This document shows positions 1-13,600 of a DNA stretch of 64,000 nt, piece after piece. The stretch covers positions 11,904,001-11,968,000 of the forward strand of contig CATNEN010000038.1 in the NCBI GenBank assembly GCA_950097015.1, read 5' to 3'. The DNA is from Macrostomum hystrix (taxonomy: Eukaryota > Animalia > Platyhelminthes). Made by a program: the position numbers and the translations under genes. The notes beneath the pieces are model-generated. The model ran no database searches, was not told where the DNA came from, and saw nothing but the letters and a program-made list of their open reading frames with translations. Each line of letters begins with the position of its first letter. The stretch's first letter is position 1.

Positions 1-221
1 ATACCCAATGTGAAGTTCTCCATGGAAACGCGAAGAAAAGAAAGCTGCATTCCTGCTAAAAGGACAGGGTAATTTAAGAAAAATCATCAAAAAGTTAAGG
101 CTTTGTCTCTTACCTGTTCTCTTGTTTGCCTCTGCACTCTGCCCTCTGCTCTAGATCAATCGCCTGAATCGCTTATTTCGAAACACAGCTGACTTTTTTT
201 ACGTCAAGTGAAACAAAGATA

Positions 222-752
222 TTAGGAAGCAAAGATATCGGGCGGCCGCCGCTCTCTCTCCGACCGTCGTGGGAAACCGGCCGGCTCAGCTGGCACCGGT
301 TGTTCCTCGGGCTCCTCGTCTGCCTGCAGCTCGGGCCAGAATGCCGCCGCGTCGCCGCCTTGACCGGTCGGTTCGCTGGGCGGCTGTGCGGCATCGTCGC
401 TGGGACTGACGGAGTCAGCAGCAGACGGAAGCTCCAGTGACGCGCGCCGCTGCATGAAGCGCTTGAGGCGGTCGTGATGTACCACCAGCCTGCGCCTGCG
501 GCCGGCCTCGCTTGAATGCGGTAGTTGACCTCGCCCAAGCGTCTCAGGACTCGGTATGGCCCTTTCCACTTGTCGCTCAGGCACCGCGTCTGGCCGCGCC
601 GCGCTTGATGACGGAGTTTCGGAGCATCAAGAGCTGGCCCTCCTCGAACGGCACGAACCGACAGTCTTGGTTGGCGAGCGGGTTCCGCTCGACCTGCGCG
701 CGCCGCAGCCGGCCATGCACCGATTCAAAGGCGCTCTGCAGGCTCTCCTGAG
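222..752 (-). mobile_element. Ty3/Gypsy LTR-retrotransposon pol remnant (integrase C-terminus, GPY/F region), frameshifted
   Basis: Minus-strand frames join as ...PFEEGQLLMLRNS..LSDKWKGPYRVLRRLGEVNYRIQ / RRRLVVHHDRLKRF...RRSERERRPPDIFAS*. GPY-x-V, VNYRI, VVH-DRLK and RRS-R-RRPP are typical of the Gypsy integrase C-terminus. Confidence 0.8.
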
Positions 753-764
753 TAGGCAGAGCAT

Positions 765-1125
765 TTCGAAATACCCAGTCATCACCAGGACGAACAGGAA
801 TACCCAGTCATCACAGGCGCTAGCGTGTTCCCCTGGAGCACCCCGGAGGATGTCTTAAAGGATTCGGACAGGCCGTCCGGCGTCATCACAGCTGTTCTCG
901 TAGCACAGTACAACGCCATATTGGTGGAGATCAGCTGCTCTGGCACATGATACGCACGAAGTCCAGGCTCTGCTCTGATAGACACTCCTGAAGTGCGATG
1001 ATGTCACAGATGAGGTCGAGCGCAAACTTCGCCAGCAACCCTCTCCGCCAGGCGGTCTTGAGCGTCCCGACTCGAAGTGTGCCCTGTGGTAGAGCTGGGG
1101 CTCGGTTGTAAGTTAGCCTCATGGT
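765..1125 (-). mobile_element. Degenerate, internally deleted RTE-clade LINE (endonuclease N-terminus abutting an RT fragment)
   Basis: GTLRVGTL..DIIALQE (APE motifs I/II) is followed within ~30 bp by LRAYHVPEQLIS..TPDGLSESFKTSSGVLQGNTLAP, which aligns to the RT ORF at 23785-25239. Confidence 0.75.
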
Positions 1126-1617
1126 CTCCGGCGCGACCTGGAAGACCCAGATGGACTCTCATGACAGCAGCTCGGTGTGCGGCGCCACGTCGCTGGCCTT
1201 CGAAAACACCGGTTTCGCTCGCCGGTTTTGTCCTGCCGCTATTGGCCGCCGCAGCAGTGAAGCGCGGCACACCGTCTTGACTGCGAGGAGCAAATAGATT
1301 AGGACGAGATCAGCACTATAACTGTCATCCTCCGCAGCTCCAAAATCTGATGCTCGCAGGTGTCGACTGAGCTAATAAAGAGATATTCCTTGACTGTCGC
1401 CGCAGTCCAAACAGCCAGTTAACGACTCTCCTTCGCAATGATCATTCATAACTGATGTGTGTAATTCGATTTGAAGTGGTTGCATCAACAGAGAAATCTA
1501 CGAATTCTGTTTTTGCCAACATCGCTGTATTCTGTATCTGCCACCAATTTCGCTATGATGGAGTCTGGTCGGCTCCGTACTGAGGACCAGCATTGAAGGT
1601 TTCTTTTTAGAATACTA

Positions 1618-1790
1618 CTAGCAAGTTTTGCCCGCCTTCGGGGAGCATAAATATTTTTAATTCATCTAATATACTTTTTAGCAGCTGTAGTTTCAGCTTT
1701 TTTTAAGTTACAATGATCCCCTAGCTGACAATGATCCCCAAGTTGACCATGATCCCCAAGCAAGATTTTCATTTTTAGTATAGTAGAAGA
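1618..1790 (-). mobile_element. Non-autonomous Helitron-like element, 173 bp, with ~3 internal copies of the 18-bp repeat
   Basis: Minus strand reads A|TCTTCTACTATACTAAAAATG ... CCCG-AAGG-CGGG hairpin, 9 nt, CTAG|T. This gives a 5' TC, a 3' hairpin plus CTAG, an A|T target and no TSD. Confidence 0.75.
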
Positions 1791-2109
1791 TGAAGCATTT
1801 TTATACAGTTCTCTGTTCGTTTACAACGTCGGCAATGATTAAAGCAGCGGTGCATTCTTGCAATGCTATGCATTAGTGACACATCACTGATTTTAACATT
1901 TTTCATGATATCCTATTACTTGGCAGAGCTAGATCTATTTTTACACCGTGCTTACCTACCTTCCTGTGCATATCAAACAAAAGTCCTGGTGAAATTCTGC
2001 CGCAATTTTCCCTTGTTTTCCTCTAAGCTTTTCGCTTCCGATTACACTTTATCGCCCATTTTGCGAGGCAAGTTTGTCGCTTGTGACTTGTATCTAGCAC
2101 CGATGTTTA

Positions 2110-2545
2110 GGGAAGAGGGGAAGAGAAGATACAGAAGGGAAGTCGGGATTTAGTTCCTAAGCTCAATTTTTTGTAGCTTCATCGGAACCAGCTCGATCTC
2201 GGAGCGGACATCTACCTAACTTCCATTTTGTTACTAATGCGGCTACATCAAAGGATTCTAAGGAGTGTCCTAATTGAGGGGATGGAGACTTCGTATATCG
2301 TAGCAAATGGCTCCTGCCTTGTGCCTTCTCTAGGAGTGGTAGCTCTCTAGCTCGCACCGGCGGGACACAACGCCTGTGTGGTATGAGTCAGACCAGGCCC
2401 ACGGGCTAAGGTCTGCAATACCTCACACCTGCAGTCGTTTTTTGAGCAGGCTTGGCAGGAAGGAGACCTGTGCCTTCGGGTGCAGGAATCCTCTCCACGT
2501 GTCCCGTCAGCTGACCCATTGGAACACGTCCCGCGAGTGTTCAAG
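2110..2545 (-). mobile_element. Possible 3' remnant of a non-LTR retrotransposon (C-terminal Cys/His region plus pyrimidine-rich tail)
   Basis: Minus-strand SPSCQACSKNDCRCEVLQTLA resembles a decayed CCHC knuckle region; a CT-rich tract follows on the minus strand. Frameshifted and weak. Confidence 0.3.
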
Positions 2546-2621
2546 GCTGGCCCTTCGCAGAAATACTTTTAATTCGGCTAGTATATACTTTTTAGCAGCT
2601 GAATTTACAGCTTTTTAAAGC

Positions 2622-3325
2622 TACAATGATCCCCCAGTTCACAATGATCCCCCAGTTGATGATGATCACCCAGTTGACAATGATCCCCCAGTTGATGATG
2701 ACTCCCCATTGATGATGATCCCCATTTAACAATGTTCCCCCAGTTGACAATGTTCCCCCAGTTGACAATGATCACCCAGTTGATGATGATCACCCAGTTG
2801 ACAATGATCCCCCAGTTGACAATGATCCCCCCAGTTGACAATGATCCCCCAGTTGACAATGAACCACCAGTTGACAATGATCACCCAGTTGATGATGATC
2901 CCCCGGTTGACAATGATCCCCCAGTTGACAATGATCCCCCAGTTGACAATGATCCCACAGTTGACAAAGATCCCCCAGTTCACAATGATCCCCCAGTAGA
3001 TGATGATCCCCCAGTTGATGATGATCCCCCAGTTGATGATGATCATCCAGTTGACAATGATCCCAAGTTGAGCATGATCCCACATTTGATGCTGATTCCC
3101 CAGTTGACAATTATCCCCCAGTGGACAATGATCCCCCAGTTGACAATGATCCCCCAGTTGACAATGATCCCCCAGTTGACAATGATCCCCCAGTTGACAA
3201 TTATCCCCCAGTTTACCATGATCCCCCAGTTGACGATTATCCCCCAGTTTACCATGATCCCCCAGTTGACGATTATCCCCCAGTTTACCATGATCCCCAT
3301 TTTGATGATGACTCCCCAGTTGACG
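2622..3325. repeat. 18-bp minisatellite (ACAATGATCCCCCAGTTG)n, ~39 units
   Basis: Directly visible tandem array; explains the PPVDND / QLTMIP / GDHCQL pseudo-ORFs. Confidence 0.95.
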
Positions 3326-3329
3326 TTGA

Positions 3330-4158
3330 TTTTTCAAACGCTGGGTTAGCCATGATTCAAACTCGGGTTTAGCCATGATTCAAGCTCTGGTTTAGCCATG
3401 ATTCAAACTCTTGTTTAGCCATGATTCAAGCTCTGGTTTAGCCATGATTCAAACTCTTGTTTAGCCATGATTCAAGCTCTGGTTTAGCCATGATTCAAGC
3501 TCTGGTTTAGCCATGATTCAAGCTCTGGTTTAGCCATGATTCAAGCTCTGGTTTAGCCATGATTCAAGCTCTGGTTTAGCCATGATTCAAGCTCTGGTTT
3601 AGCTATGATTCAAACTCTGGTTTAGACATGATTCAAGCTCTGATTGAGGTTGTAGCCTAGTGGTTAGGGCGTCGGACTCACGACTTGAAGGTCGGGAGTT
3701 CGATTCCGACTCCACTGGAACAATATGCGTCCTTTAGCAAGACACTTAACTCTGCATTGCTTCAGTTCACCCAGCTGTTTAATGGGTACCAGCATCAGCT
3801 GGGATAATTGAAGGTCGGTGTGGCGTCCCCCCCAGTCCGTGGACTGAACAGCTGTACGCAGCCTTCAGATGCGCCGCGCATTGGCTGCGGCTGTGCTGTC
3901 GGCTGCACATCTGACCCAATTGGGGCAGGTGTAATCAATTATTATTAAAATTATTATTATTAATGATTCAAACTCTGGTTGGCTAAGATTCAAACTCGGG
4001 TTTAGCCATGATTCAAACTCTGGTTTAGCCATGATTGAATCTCTGGTTTAGCCATGATTTAAGCTCTGGTTTAGCTATGATTCTAACGCTAGGTTAGCCA
4101 TGATTCAAACTCTGGTTTAGCCATGATTCTAACGCTGGGTTAGCCATGATTTAAACTC
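3330..4158. repeat. 23-bp satellite (GCCATGATTCAAACTCTGGTTTA)n, short block interrupted by a SINE
   Basis: Tandem 23-mers on both sides of the insertion at 3646-3962. Confidence 0.95.
3646..3962 (+). mobile_element. tRNA-derived SINE family A (CORE-SINE-like), full-length copy
   Basis: A box TAGCCTAGTGG and B box GTTCGATTCC. Central GTCCTTTAGCAAGACACTTAACTCTGCATTGCTTCAGTTCACCCAGCTGTTTAATGGG resembles the MIR/CORE domain. (ATT)n tail. Five further copies in the window. Confidence 0.88.
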
Positions 4159-4501
4159 TGACAATGATCCCCCAGTTGACAATGATCCCCAAGTTGACAA
4201 TGATCCCCAGTTGACAATGTTCCCCAAGTTGACAATGATCCCCCCAGTTGACAATGTTTCCCAGTTGACAATGATACCCCAGTTGACAATGTTCCCCAAG
4301 TTGACAATGATCCCCCCAGTTGACAATGATCCCGCAGTTGAAAATGATCTCCCAGTTGACAATGAACCCCCATTTGATGATGATCCCCCAGTTTACAATG
4401 ATCCCACAGTTGACAATCATCCCCCAGTTGACGATTATCCCGCAGTTTACCATGATCCCCTATTTTATGAAGACTCCCCAGTTGACAATGTTCCCCAGTT
4501 G
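4159..4501. repeat. 18-bp minisatellite, second block
   Basis: Same monomer as 2622-3325. Confidence 0.95.
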
Positions 4502-4649
4502 AATTTTTTATTAGCTGCTATTGTAGAAAATTGAGAAGAACAACATTAGTTGAATATCAGACAAAATTATTTTGATACAAATGTATATCATTATGACGTT
4601 ATATGATAACAAAAGCTAAATATAGAGAATTCATCAATGGCAAAAAATT

Positions 4650-7600
4650 TTGCTATGATTCACACCCTGGTTTAGCCATGATTCAAACGCTGGGTTAGCC
4701 ATGATTCAAACGCTGGGTTAGCCATGATTCAAACGCTGGGTTAGCCATGATTCACACCCTGGTTTAGCCATGATTCAAACGCTGGGTTAGCCATGATTCA
4801 CACCCTGGTTTAGCCATGATTCAAACGCTGAGTTAGCCATGATTCACACCCTGGTTAAGCCATGATTCAAACGCTGGGTTAGCCATGATTCACACCCTGG
4901 TTAAGCCATGATTCAAACGCTGGGTTAGCCATGATTCAAACGCTGGGTTAGCCATGATTCAAACGCTGGGTTAGACATGATTCAAACGCTGGGTTAGCCA
5001 TGATTCAAACGCTGGGTTAGCCATGATTCAAACTCAGGTTTAGCCATGATTCAAACTCTGGATTAGCCATGATTCAAACTCTGTTTTAGCTACGATTGAA
5101 ATTCTGGTTTGGCCATGATTCAAACTCTGGTTTAGCCATGATTCAAACTCTGGTTTAGCCATGATTCAAACGCTGGGTTAGCCATGATTCAAACGCTGGG
5201 TTAGCCATGATTCAAACGCTGGGTTAGCCATGATTCACACCCTGGTTTAGCCATGATTCAAACGCTGGGTTAGCCATGATTCAAACGCTGGGTTAGCCAT
5301 GATTCACACCCTGGTTTAGCCATGATTCAAACGCTGGGTTAGCCATGATTCAAACGCTGGGTTAGCCATGATTCACACCCTGGTTAAGCCATGATTCAAA
5401 CGCTGGGTTAGCCATGATTCAAACGCTGGGTTAGCCATGATTCAAACGCTGGGTTAGACATGATTCAAACGCTGGGTTAGCCATGATTCAAACGCTGGGT
5501 TAGCCATGATTCAAACTCAGGTTTAGCCATGATTCAAACTCTGGATTAGCCATGATTCAAACTCTGTTTTAGCTACGATTGAAATTCTGGTTTGGCCATG
5601 ATTCAAAATCTGGTTTAGCCATGATTCAATCTCTGGTTTAGCCATGATACAAACTCTGGTTTAGCCATGATTCAAACTCTGGTTTAGCCATGATTCAGAC
5701 TCTGGTTTAGCCATGATTCATACTCTGGGTTAGCCATGATTCACACCCTGGTTTAGCCATGATTCAAACGCTGGGTTTGCCATGATTCACACCCTGGTTA
5801 AGCCATGATTCAAACGCTGGGTTAGCCATGATTCACACCCTGGTTAAGCCATGATTCAAACGCTGGGTTAGCCATGATTCAAACGCTGGGTTAGCCATGA
5901 TTCAAACGCTGGGTTAGCCATGATTCAAACGCTGGGTTAGACATGATTCAAACGCTGGGTTAGCCATGATTCAAACGCTGGGTTAGCCATGATTCAAACT
6001 CAGGTTTAGCCATGATTCAAACTCTGGGTTAGCCATGATTCAAACTCTGTTTTAGCTACGATTGAAATTCTGGTTTGGCCATGATTCAAAATCTGGTTTA
6101 GCCATGATTCAATCTCTGGTTTAGCCATGATACAAACTCTGGTTTAGCCATGATTCAAACTCTGGTTTAGCCATGATTCAGACTCTGGTTTAGCCATGAT
6201 TCATACTCTGGGTTAGCCATGATTCACACCCTGGTTTAGCCATGATTCAAACGCTGGGTTAGCCATGATTCACACCCTGGTTTAGCCATGATTCAAACGC
6301 TGGGTTAGCCATGATTCAAACGCTGGGTTAGCCATGATTCAAACGCTGGGTTAGCCATGATTCAAAATCTGGTTTAGCCATGATTCAATCTCTGGTTTAG
6401 CCATGATTCAAACTCTGGTTTAGCCATGATTCAAACTCTGGTTTAGCCATGATTCAGACTCTGGCTTAGCCATGATTCAAACTCTGGTTTAGCCATGATT
6501 CAAACTCTGGTTTAGCCATGATTCAGACGCTGGTTTAGCCATGATTGAAACTCTGGTTTAGCCATGATTCAGACTCTGGTTTAGCCATGATTCAGACGCT
6601 GGTTTAGCCATGATTGAAACTCTGGTTTTGCCATGATTCAGACTCTGGGTTAGCCATGATTCAAACTCAGGTTTAGCCATGATTCAAACTCTGGATTAGC
6701 CATGATTCAAACTCTGTTTTAGCTACGATTGAAATTCTGGTTTGGCCATGATTCAAAATCTGGTTTAGCCATGATTCAATCTCTGGTTTAGCCATGATTC
6801 AAACTCTGGTTTAGCCATGATTCAAACTCTGGTTTAGCCATGATTCAGACTCTGGTTTAGCCATGATTTAAACTCTGGTTTAGCCATGATTCAAACTCTG
6901 GTTTACCATGATTCAGACGCTGGTTTAGCCATGATTGAAACTCTGGTTTTGCCATGATTCAGACTCTGGTTTAGCCATGATTCAGACTCTGGTTTAGCCA
7001 TGATTCAGACTCTGGTTTAGCCATGATTCAAACTCTGGTTTAGCCATGATTCAAACTCTGGTTTAGCCATGATTCAGACTCTGGTTTAGCCATGATTCAA
7101 ACTCTGGTTTAGCCATGATTCAGACTCTGGTTTAGCCATGATTCAAACTCTGGTTTAGCCATGATTCAAACTCTGGTTTAGCCATGATTCAATCTCTGGT
7201 TTAGCCATGATTCAAACTCTGGTTTAGCCATGATTCAAACTCTGGTTTAGCCATGATTCAGACTCTGGTTTAGCCATGATTCAAACTCTGGTTTAGCCAT
7301 GATTCAAACTCTGGTTTACCATGATTCAGACGCTGGTTTAGCCATGATTGAAACTCTGGTTTTGCCATGATTCAGACTCTGGTTTAGCCATGATTCAGAC
7401 TCTGGTTTAGCCATGATTCAGACTCTGGTTTAGCCATGATTCAAACTCTGGTTTAGCCATGATTCAAACTCTGGTTTAGCCATGATTCAGACTCTGGTTT
7501 AGCCATGATTCAAACTCTGGTTTAGCCATGATTCAGACTCTGGTTTAGCCATGATTCAAACTCTGGTTTAGCCATGATTCAAACGCTGGGTTAGCCATGA

Positions 7601-10600
7601 TTCAAACGCTGGGTTAGCCATGATTCAAACGCTGGGTTAGCCATGATTCACACCCTGGTTTAGCCATGATTCAAACGCTGGGTTAGCCATGATTCAAACG
7701 CTGGGTTAGCCATGATTCACACCCTGGTTTAGCCATGATTCAAACGCTGGGTTAGCCATGATTCAAACGCTGGGTTAGCCATGATTCAAACGCTGGGTTA
7801 GCCATGATTCAAACGCTGGGTTAGACATGATTCAAACGCTGGGTTAGCCATGATTCAAACGCTGGGTTAGCCATGATTCAAACTCAGGTTTAGCCATGAT
7901 TCAAACTCTGGATTAGCCATGATTCAAACTCTGTTTTAGCTACGATTGAAATTCTGGTTTGGCCATGATTCAAAATCTGGTTTAGCCATGATTCAAACTC
8001 TGGTTTAGCCATGATTCAAACTCTGGTTTAGCCATGATTCAGACTCTGGTTTAGCCATGATTCAAACTCTGGATTAGCCATGATTCAAACTCTGTTTTAG
8101 CTACGATTGAAATTCTGGTTTGGCCATGATTCAAAATCTGGTTTAGCCATGATTCAATCTCTGGTTTAGCCATGATTCAAACTCTGGTTTAGCCATGATT
8201 CAAACTCTGGTTTAGCCATGATTCAGACTCTGGTTTAGCCATGATTCAAACTCTGGTTTAGCCATGATTCAAACTCTGGTTTACCATGATTCAGACGCTG
8301 GTTTAGCCATGATTGAAACTCTGGTTTTGCCATGATTCAGACTCTGGTTTAGCCATGATTCAGACTCTGGTTTAGCCATGATTCAGACTCTGGTTTAGCC
8401 ATGATTCAAACTCTGGTTTAGCCATGATTCAAACTCTGGTTTAGCCATGATTCAGACTCTGGTTTAGCCATGATTCAAACTCTGGTTTAGCCATGATTCA
8501 GACTCTGGTTTAGCCATGATTCAAACTCTGGTTTAGCCATGATTCAAACTCTGGTTTAGCCATGATTCAATCTCTGGTTTAGCCATGATTCAAACTCTGG
8601 TTTAGCCATGATTCAAACTCTGGTTTAGCCATGATTCAGACTCTGGTTTAGCCATGATTCAAACTCTGGTTTAGCCATGATTCAAACTCTGGTTTACCAT
8701 GATTCAGACGCTGGTTTAGCCATGATTGAAACTCTGGTTTTGCCATGATTCAGACTCTGGTTTAGCCATGATTCAGACTCTGGTTTAGCCATGATTCAGA
8801 CTCTGGTTTAGCCATGATTCAAACTCTGGTTTAGCCATGATTCAAACTCTGGTTTAGCCATGATTCAGACTCTGGTTTAGCCATGATTCAAACTCTGGTT
8901 TAGCCATGATTCAGACTCTGGTTTAGCCATGATTCAAACTCTGGTTTAGCCATGATTCAAACGCTGGGTTAGCCATGATTCAAACGCTGGGTTAGCCATG
9001 ATTCAAACGCTGGGTTAGCCATGATTCACACCCTGGTTTAGCCATGATTCAAACGCTGGGTTAGCCATGATTCAAACGCTGGGTTAGCCATGATTCACAC
9101 CCTGGTTTAGCCATGATTCAAACGCTGGGTTAGCCATGATTCAAACGCTGGGTTAGCCATGATTCAGACTCTGGTTTAGCCATGATTCAGACTCTGGTTT
9201 AGCCATGATTCAGACTCTGGTTTAGCCATGATTCAAACTCTGGTTTAGCCATGATTCAAACTCTGGTTTAGCCATGATTCAGACTCTGGTTTAGCCATGA
9301 TTCAAACTCTGGTTTAGCCATGATTCAGACTCTGGTTTAGCCATGATTCAGACTCTGGTTTAGCCATGATTCAAACTCTGGTTTAGCCATGATTCAAACT
9401 CTGGTTTAGCCATGATTCAAACTCTGGTTTAGCCATGATTCAAACGCTGGGTTAGCCATGATTCAAACTCTGGGTTAGCCATGATTCACACCCTGGTTTA
9501 GCCATGATTCAAACGCTGGGTTAGCCATGATTCACACCCTGGTTTAGCCATGATTCAAACGCTGGGTTAGCCATGATTCAAACGCTGGGTTAGCCATGAT
9601 TCAAACGCTGGGTTAGCCATGATTCAAAATCTGGTTTAGCCATGATTCAATCTCTGGTTTAGCCATGATTCAAACTCTGGTTTAGCCATGATTCAAACTC
9701 TGGTTTAGCCATGATTCAGACTCTGGTTTAGCCATGATTCAAACTCTGGTTTAGCCATGATTCAAACTCTGGTTTAGCCATGATTCAGACGCTGGTTTAG
9801 CCATGATTGAAACTCTGGTTTAGCCATGATTCAGACTCTGGTTTAGCCATGATTCAGACGCTGGTTTAGCCATGATTGAAACTCTGGTTTTGCCATGATT
9901 CAGACTCTGGGTTAGCCATGATTCAAACTCAGGTTTAGCCATGATTCAAACTCTGGATTAGCCATGATTCAAACTCTGTTTTAGCTACGATTGAAATTCT
10001 GGTTTGGCCATGATTCAAAATCTGGTTTAGCCATGATTCAATCTCTGGTTTAGCCATGATTCAAACTCTGGTTTAGCCATGATTCAAACTCTGGTTTAGC
10101 CATGATTCAGACTCTGGTTTAGCCATGATTCAAACTCTGGTTTAGCCATGATTCAAACTCTGGTTTACCATGATTCAGACGCTGGTTTAGCCATGATTGA
10201 AACTCTGGTTTAGCCATGATTCAGACTCTGGTTTAGCCATGATTCAGACTCTGGTTTAGCCATGATTCAGACTCTGGTTTAGCCATGATTCAAACTCTGG
10301 TTTAGCCATGATTCAAACTCTGGTTTAGCCATGATTCAGACTCTGGTTTAGCCATGATTCAAACTCTGGTTTAGCCATGATTCAGACTCTGGTTTAGCCA
10401 TGATTCAGACTCTGGTTTAGCCATGATTCAAACTCTGGTTTAGCCATGATTCAAACTCTGGTTTAGCCATGATTCAAACTCTGGTTTAGCCATGATTCAA
10501 ACGCTGGGTTAGCCATGATTCAAACGCTGGGTTAGCCATGATTCAAACGCTGGGTTAGCCATGATTCACACCCTGGTTTAGCCATGATTCAAACGCTGGG

Positions 10601-13600
10601 TTAGCCATGATTCAAACGCTGGGTTAGCCATGATTCACACCCTGGTTTAGCCATGATTCAAACGCTGGGTTAGCCATGATTCAAACGCTGGGTTAGCCAT
10701 GATTCAAACGCTGGGTTAGACATGATTCAAACGCTGGGTTAGCCATGATTCAAACGCTGGGTTAGCCATGATTCAAACTCAGGTTTAGCCATGATTCAAA
10801 CTCTGGATTAGCCATGATTCAAACTCTGTTTTAGCTACGATTGAAATTCTGGTTTGGCCATGATTCAAAATCTGGTTTAGCCATGATTCAATCTCTGGTT
10901 TAGCCATGATTCAAACTCTGGTTTAGCCATGATTCAAACTCTGGTTTAGCCATGATTCAGACGCTGGTTTAGCCATGATTGAAACTCTGGTTTTGCCATG
11001 ATTCAGACTCTGGTTTAGCCATGATTCAGACGCTGGTTTAGCCATGATTGAAACTCTGGTTTTGCCATGATTCAGACTCTGGGTTAGCCATGATTCAAAC
11101 TCAGGTTTAGCCATGATTCAAACTCTGGATTAGCCATGATTCAAACTCTGTTTTAGCTACGATTGAAATTCTGGTTTGGCCATGATTCAAAATCTGGTTT
11201 AGCCATGATTCAATCTCTGGTTTAGCCATGATTCAAACTCTGGTTTAGCCATGATTCAAACTCTGGTTTAGCCATGATTCAGACTCTGGTTTAGCCATGA
11301 TTCAAACTCTGGTTTAGCCATGATTGAAACTCTGGTTTTGCCATGATTCAGACTCTGGTTTAGCCATGATTCAGACTCTGGTTTAGCCATGATTCAGACT
11401 CTGGTTTAGCCATGATTCAAACTCTGGTTTAGCCATGATTCAAACTCTGGTTTAGCCATGATTCAGACTCTGGTTTAGCCATGATTCAAACTCTGGTTTA
11501 GCCATGATTCAGACTCTGGTTTAGCCATGATTCAAACTCTGGTTTAGCCATGATTCAAACGCTGGGTTAGCCATGATTCAAACGCTGGGTTAGCCATGAT
11601 TCAAACGCTGGGTTAGCCATGATTCACACCCTGGTTTAGCCATGATTCAAACGCTGGGTTAGCCATGATTCAAACGCTGGGTTAGCCATGATTCACACCC
11701 TGGTTTAGCCATGATTCAAACGCTGGGTTAGCCATGATTCAAACGCTGGGTTAGCCATGATTCAAACGCTGGGTTAGCCATGATTCAAACGCTGGGTTAG
11801 ACATGATTCAAACGCTGGGTTAGCCATGATTCAAACGCTGGGTTAGCCATGATTCAAACTCAGGTTTAGCCATGATTCAAACTCTGGATTAGCCATGATT
11901 CAAACTCTGTTTTAGCTACGATTGAAATTCTGGTTTGGCCATGATTCAAAATCTGGTTTAGCCATGATTCAAACTCTGGTTTAGCCATGATTCAAACTCT
12001 GGTTTAGCCATGATTCAGACTCTGGTTTAGCCATGATTCAAACTCTGGATTAGCCATGATTCAAACTCTGTTTTAGCTACGATTGAAATTCTGGTTTGGC
12101 CATGATTCAAAATCTGGTTTAGCCATGATTCAATCTCTGGTTTAGCCATGATTCAAACTCTGGTTTAGCCATGATTCAAACTCTGGTTTAGCCATGATTC
12201 AGACTCTGGTTTAGCCATGATTCAAACTCTGGTTTAGCCATGATTCAAACTCTGGTTTACCATGATTCAGACGCTGGTTTAGCCATGATTGAAACTCTGG
12301 TTTTGCCATGATTCAGACTCTGGTTTAGCCATGATTCAGACTCTGGTTTAGCCATGATTCAGACTCTGGTTTAGCCATGATTCAAACTCTGGTTTAGCCA
12401 TGATTCAAACTCTGGTTTAGCCATGATTCAGACTCTGGTTTAGCCATGATTCAAACTCTGGTTTAGCCATGATTCAGACTCTGGTTTAGCCATGATTCAA
12501 ACTCTGGTTTAGCCATGATTCAAACTCTGGTTTAGCCATGATTCAATCTCTGGTTTAGCCATGATTCAAACTCTGGTTTAGCCATGATTCAAACTCTGGT
12601 TTAGCCATGATTCAGACTCTGGTTTAGCCATGATTCAAACTCTGGTTTAGCCATGATTCAAACTCTGGTTTACCATGATTCAGACGCTGGTTTAGCCATG
12701 ATTGAAACTCTGGTTTTGCCATGATTCAGACTCTGGTTTAGCCATGATTCAGACTCTGGTTTAGCCATGATTCAGACTCTGGTTTAGCCATGATTCAAAC
12801 TCTGGTTTAGCCATGATTCAAACTCTGGTTTAGCCATGATTCAGACTCTGGTTTAGCCATGATTCAAACTCTGGTTTAGCCATGATTCAGACTCTGGTTT
12901 AGCCATGATTCAAACTCTGGTTTAGCCATGATTCAAACGCTGGGTTAGCCATGATTCAAACGCTGGGTTAGCCATGATTCAAACGCTGGGTTAGCCATGA
13001 TTCACACCCTGGTTTAGCCATGATTCAAACGCTGGGTTAGCCATGATTCAAACGCTGGGTTAGCCATGATTCACACCCTGGTTTAGCCATGATTCAAACG
13101 CTGGGTTAGCCATGATTCAAACGCTGGGTTAGCCATGATTCAGACTCTGGTTTAGCCATGATTCAGACTCTGGTTTAGCCATGATTCAGACTCTGGTTTA
13201 GCCATGATTCAAACTCTGGTTTAGCCATGATTCAAACTCTGGTTTAGCCATGATTCAGACTCTGGTTTAGCCATGATTCAAACTCTGGTTTAGCCATGAT
13301 TCAGACTCTGGTTTAGCCATGATTCAGACTCTGGTTTAGCCATGATTCAAACTCTGGTTTAGCCATGATTCAAACTCTGGTTTAGCCATGATTCAAACTC
13401 TGGTTTAGCCATGATTCAAACGCTGGGTTAGCCATGATTCAAACTCTGGGTTAGCCATGATTCACACCCTGGTTTAGCCATGATTCAAACGCTGGGTTAG
13501 CCATGATTCACACCCTGGTTTAGCCATGATTCAAACGCTGGGTTAGCCATGATTCAAACGCTGGGTTAGCCATGATTCAAACGCTGGGTTAGCCATGATT

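Noticed and set aside
3646-3720. tRNA gene
   Set aside because: A and B boxes are present but there is no closed acceptor stem; it continues into a repeated SINE body.
2605-4534. Repetitive ORFs (PPVDND, QLGDHC, IIVNWG)
   Set aside because: Translations of an 18-bp repeat with frequent 1-bp indels; open on both strands, with no splice or coding signal.
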